Position numbers and translations under genes: made by a program
NCBI GenBank assembly: GCA_024704765.1
Contig: JAKMXF010000110.1
Coordinates: 434,001 to 498,000 of the forward strand
Direction of reading: 5' to 3'
From: Oopsacas minuta
Lineage: Eukaryota; Animalia; Porifera
Length of the DNA: 64,000 nt
The notes under the pieces: model-generated
What the model saw: only the letters and a program-made list of their open reading frames with translations
Databases searched by the model: none
What the model was told of the DNA's origin: nothing
Part shown: positions 60,835-64,000 of the stretch, one piece after another
How positions within the stretch are numbered: the stretch's first letter is position 1
Layout of the letters: every line of letters begins with the position of its first letter

Positions 60835-63800
60835 TTTATTGAAGTGTTTTGATTTAATAATTCAAGAATATATTTAATATTTATTTAGCACTGTTGTACT
60901 CGTATTTACTCTAGTTTGATTTATATTGTATTATTTCCATAATACAACCGTATTTATACCTTCTCTATATTCCAGTAGTGAAACAGAATAGTTCTATTAA
61001 TAGAATATAGTCAGAGTTCAATATTAATGTAGTTGAAAGAGTTCTCAAATTGTGATTTCAAACATGAGCAAAGCACCACACCTAATTTCATATTCTCAGG
61101 AATGAATTATGCAAAGTTACCTCTTTTCTTGCTTGCATTTTTTACAGATTATGATTGTTGTAATACTTTTGCAAATCTGGATAACTTTAGAAACGAAAAA
61201 AATTCAATTTCTCTCTAAAACCTTTGTATATTTTCGTTACAAATGTGCCAGCGATTTTCACCTTCGTTCATTCAAAAGCTAAGACGATTTCCTTTCGATT
61301 AAATTATGGCGGACTTTGATGAAAGCGGATATACAAGATACGCGAACAAAGACTTCAGGTCAGATATCTTTCCAAATTTCAACCTTCATACATTGAATTC
61401 TCCACTTTTTGCTGTATAATACATTCTAGAATTCATAAATTTCGAATACTTAGTCTCACACAGAATTAAAGGCATTATCTACATTATAAAGCTTGTTACA
61501 ATGCTATATGAAGATTCTCACTTTATAAATGCAATTAACTCGTAATCAGATTTGGTTGAACATCTGTAGTGTATTACGTATTCACAGCTGTGATAATTAT
61601 AATCTATAAATCACTTATTTATTATTTGTATTTACGCTAGTGCTGAGGAATTCTAAATACCATATACGTAATGACGTCATTTATATGTTGTACTAATATT
61701 AGCTGCAAAATTGCAAATACGATAAAATTTTTGATTTCTACAAAAGGATCCATTTCTAGAATTAGCATATTTTGATACTTAATATGATATATTAATTGGT
61801 GTTATGTTGATTAATAATATGATGAAACTTTACACCCTTGAGAGACTATTTTTAGCCAAGACGTCATGCTTACAAATGACTACTTTCATCGCGTATAATT
61901 ACGCATAGAGCAATATGTATATCTTTCATTCTTTTGTTTAGACAACATTTGCAAATTAATATTTCTCAAATCTATAAAAGTGTATAGATAGTATTTACAA
62001 GTTTTCCTAGAAGTATTTGAGATTAATTATCGCCGACCTGTTTAATGTTTATTACATAATCTAGAATTGTATTTTTCGAAGTCTCTTTTCCAAAAGTTAA
62101 ACCATGGTGTCATAATTGTAACTGAACTGATTCACAAGATGTAACTAGATTAACCTCTAGCGTCTATAAGATTCTGTGCAAATAAATCAAGAATTTTCAA
62201 AATCCCCATTAGCGAGTATTATCCATTATTATATTTATCTGTGAACTTACCAAATTATACTAACGAATGTTTGTTACTATTTGCATATATGTTATATGAG
62301 ATTGCATACCATGGCTCGCGATGGGTTACTCTCCTGGACCTTGCTGATTGTTTACAGTAGACACACATCTGGAACTTGAGCCCCCCAGATTACAAAGCCA
62401 TACGACGTCACTATAATTTGAATAACTTCACTAATTTAGCTGTGTAATTATGTGGGAAAATATTTTGAGAAAATCACTTTGACAGACTTACCTAACTACG
62501 AAAAGTATAATAATAATCTAAGATTCCATAAAGTTATTTCAAAATTCGTTGAGAATTGAGAAACGGAATTTCTTCAAATTCACCAGAACTCTGATAAAAT
62601 TGTCTCTAAACTCAGACAATCGTTAATTCATGAGTTTATATGGAAATATCATTTCTTGTAAATTCGTGGATTACATAGCAGTTAATATCAGAAAATCCCT
62701 ACGAATATGACCCGATTTTATGTGGACTCTAAGCTAAATATTTATCAAATGAAATTGGCGGTTATGTCAGATTATGATCTTATCTTACTTCGTTATTCAC
62801 TTTCGATTTGGAATTTTACGTCCCCAAAAAGTATTATTTCATTATCATCAATTCTATAAGTATTTACAAGCTGTTTTACAATATCTGCATAGGTAAACGC
62901 TTTATCCAGAATTGCAATGCGTCTAAATATTCGTCTAAGCAAACAAATGACCCTACCACCTGAAACAGTAATGGGTTGTTTATTATTGTATAACTACTAA
63001 AACCTGATGCTTTCCAATTTGCATTTTCAGTAAATGAATTGTTTGTATTTTGTAATTCACCTAATTTATCACTCTTTGAATTTATCCAATTTTTTTTTTT
63101 TAGTAGTTAAAATGTCATATTTTGTTTGAACAGAACTTCTGTCATATGATATGAACCAGAGGTCTATCTAGGTGCGTGGCGGGCACTTTTTCAGAACCAT
63201 AAAGGACACAAAGTTCCTGCGGCGAGACTCCAATTTGTATAAGGGGAATTTGTTACTGTCCTCTGCCTCAATGCTGGTTACGTCCTTATGAAAATATGCA
63301 ACTCACTTCAATAATTGTCTAAACTTTTTCCACAAAGCACATGATGTATTCCCATAAATATTTGTGTGCTACATAATAGGAATAAATTCCATCTGAATTC
63401 TACTAAAAATGACAAGATCTGAGTAAGTTTGTACAACTCTCTTTACCTTTTTTGGGCAGATGAATTTGATACTGAAAGTTTTTAGAAAATTAATTTAGGA
63501 TTTTTCTACTATCTTTAGGATACTGAAAGGATAATTATTTCTATGAAAGCTCTCCAATTATAATCACTATAAATCTTGAGTTGTATTTTAATAAAGTAAT
63601 AATTCTGAATGATTTGGTTAAGCGAGTAATTATATTCTTGGCAGTTTCAATTTTATCTCCCGCAAGACAAATGTTTGTTATCGTAATATTCGCTGAAGAG
63701 TATTTTCATGCTAGTTACTACACAAATATGCATTAATTTCTATGCTAGATCAAGAATTATGAACTTCAGCAAAATTCATCCTTTAAACACTATGACTAAT

Positions 63801-64000
63801 AATTGGTACGTATTTACTCATTGCATTAATTCTAAAATTGACCACTTTCCTAGATAGAGATTATGTATATCCTGTTGTTCAATAATGTATACTGATAGGA
63901 TGCTATTATGTAACCCACCTTCAAGAAGATTGAAGATTACTCATTGTTCATGACTACCAGAGGCCTTGGTTCCCTGAAAGTGTTTGTCATCTCCAGTTTG

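Overview
AT-rich, gene-dense eukaryotic (animal-like) genomic DNA with GT-AG spliceosomal introns. I see no prokaryotic features, rRNA, tRNA or CRISPR array. The compact layout and the intronless NHL-repeat gene suggest an early-branching animal such as a glass sponge, but this is inference only. Gene order: NUP37 (-), CDK14/PFTAIRE kinase (+), acetyl-CoA carboxylase (+), IDH3A (+), a stray copy of a RAD21 exon fragment, two unannotated coiled-coil genes (-), RAD21-family kleisin (+), intronless eIF3c (+), NUDC (+) with an antisense NHL-repeat gene in its last intron, a 13-exon gene for an IQGAP-type CH + SH2 + SH2 + Pro-rich + SAM protein (+) with an antisense SLC49A3-like MFS gene in one intron, and a MAP-kinase phosphatase (-). 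Introns carry several families of non-autonomous DNA transposons. The best candidates for new biology are (1) the CH-SH2-SH2-SAM adaptor, (2) the coiled-coil gene pair, which resembles a bipartite alpha-pore-forming toxin, and (3) operon-like gene packing with orphan splice acceptors, possibly indicating SL trans-splicing. Exon boundaries and repeat limits were read by eye, and repeat limits are approximate.
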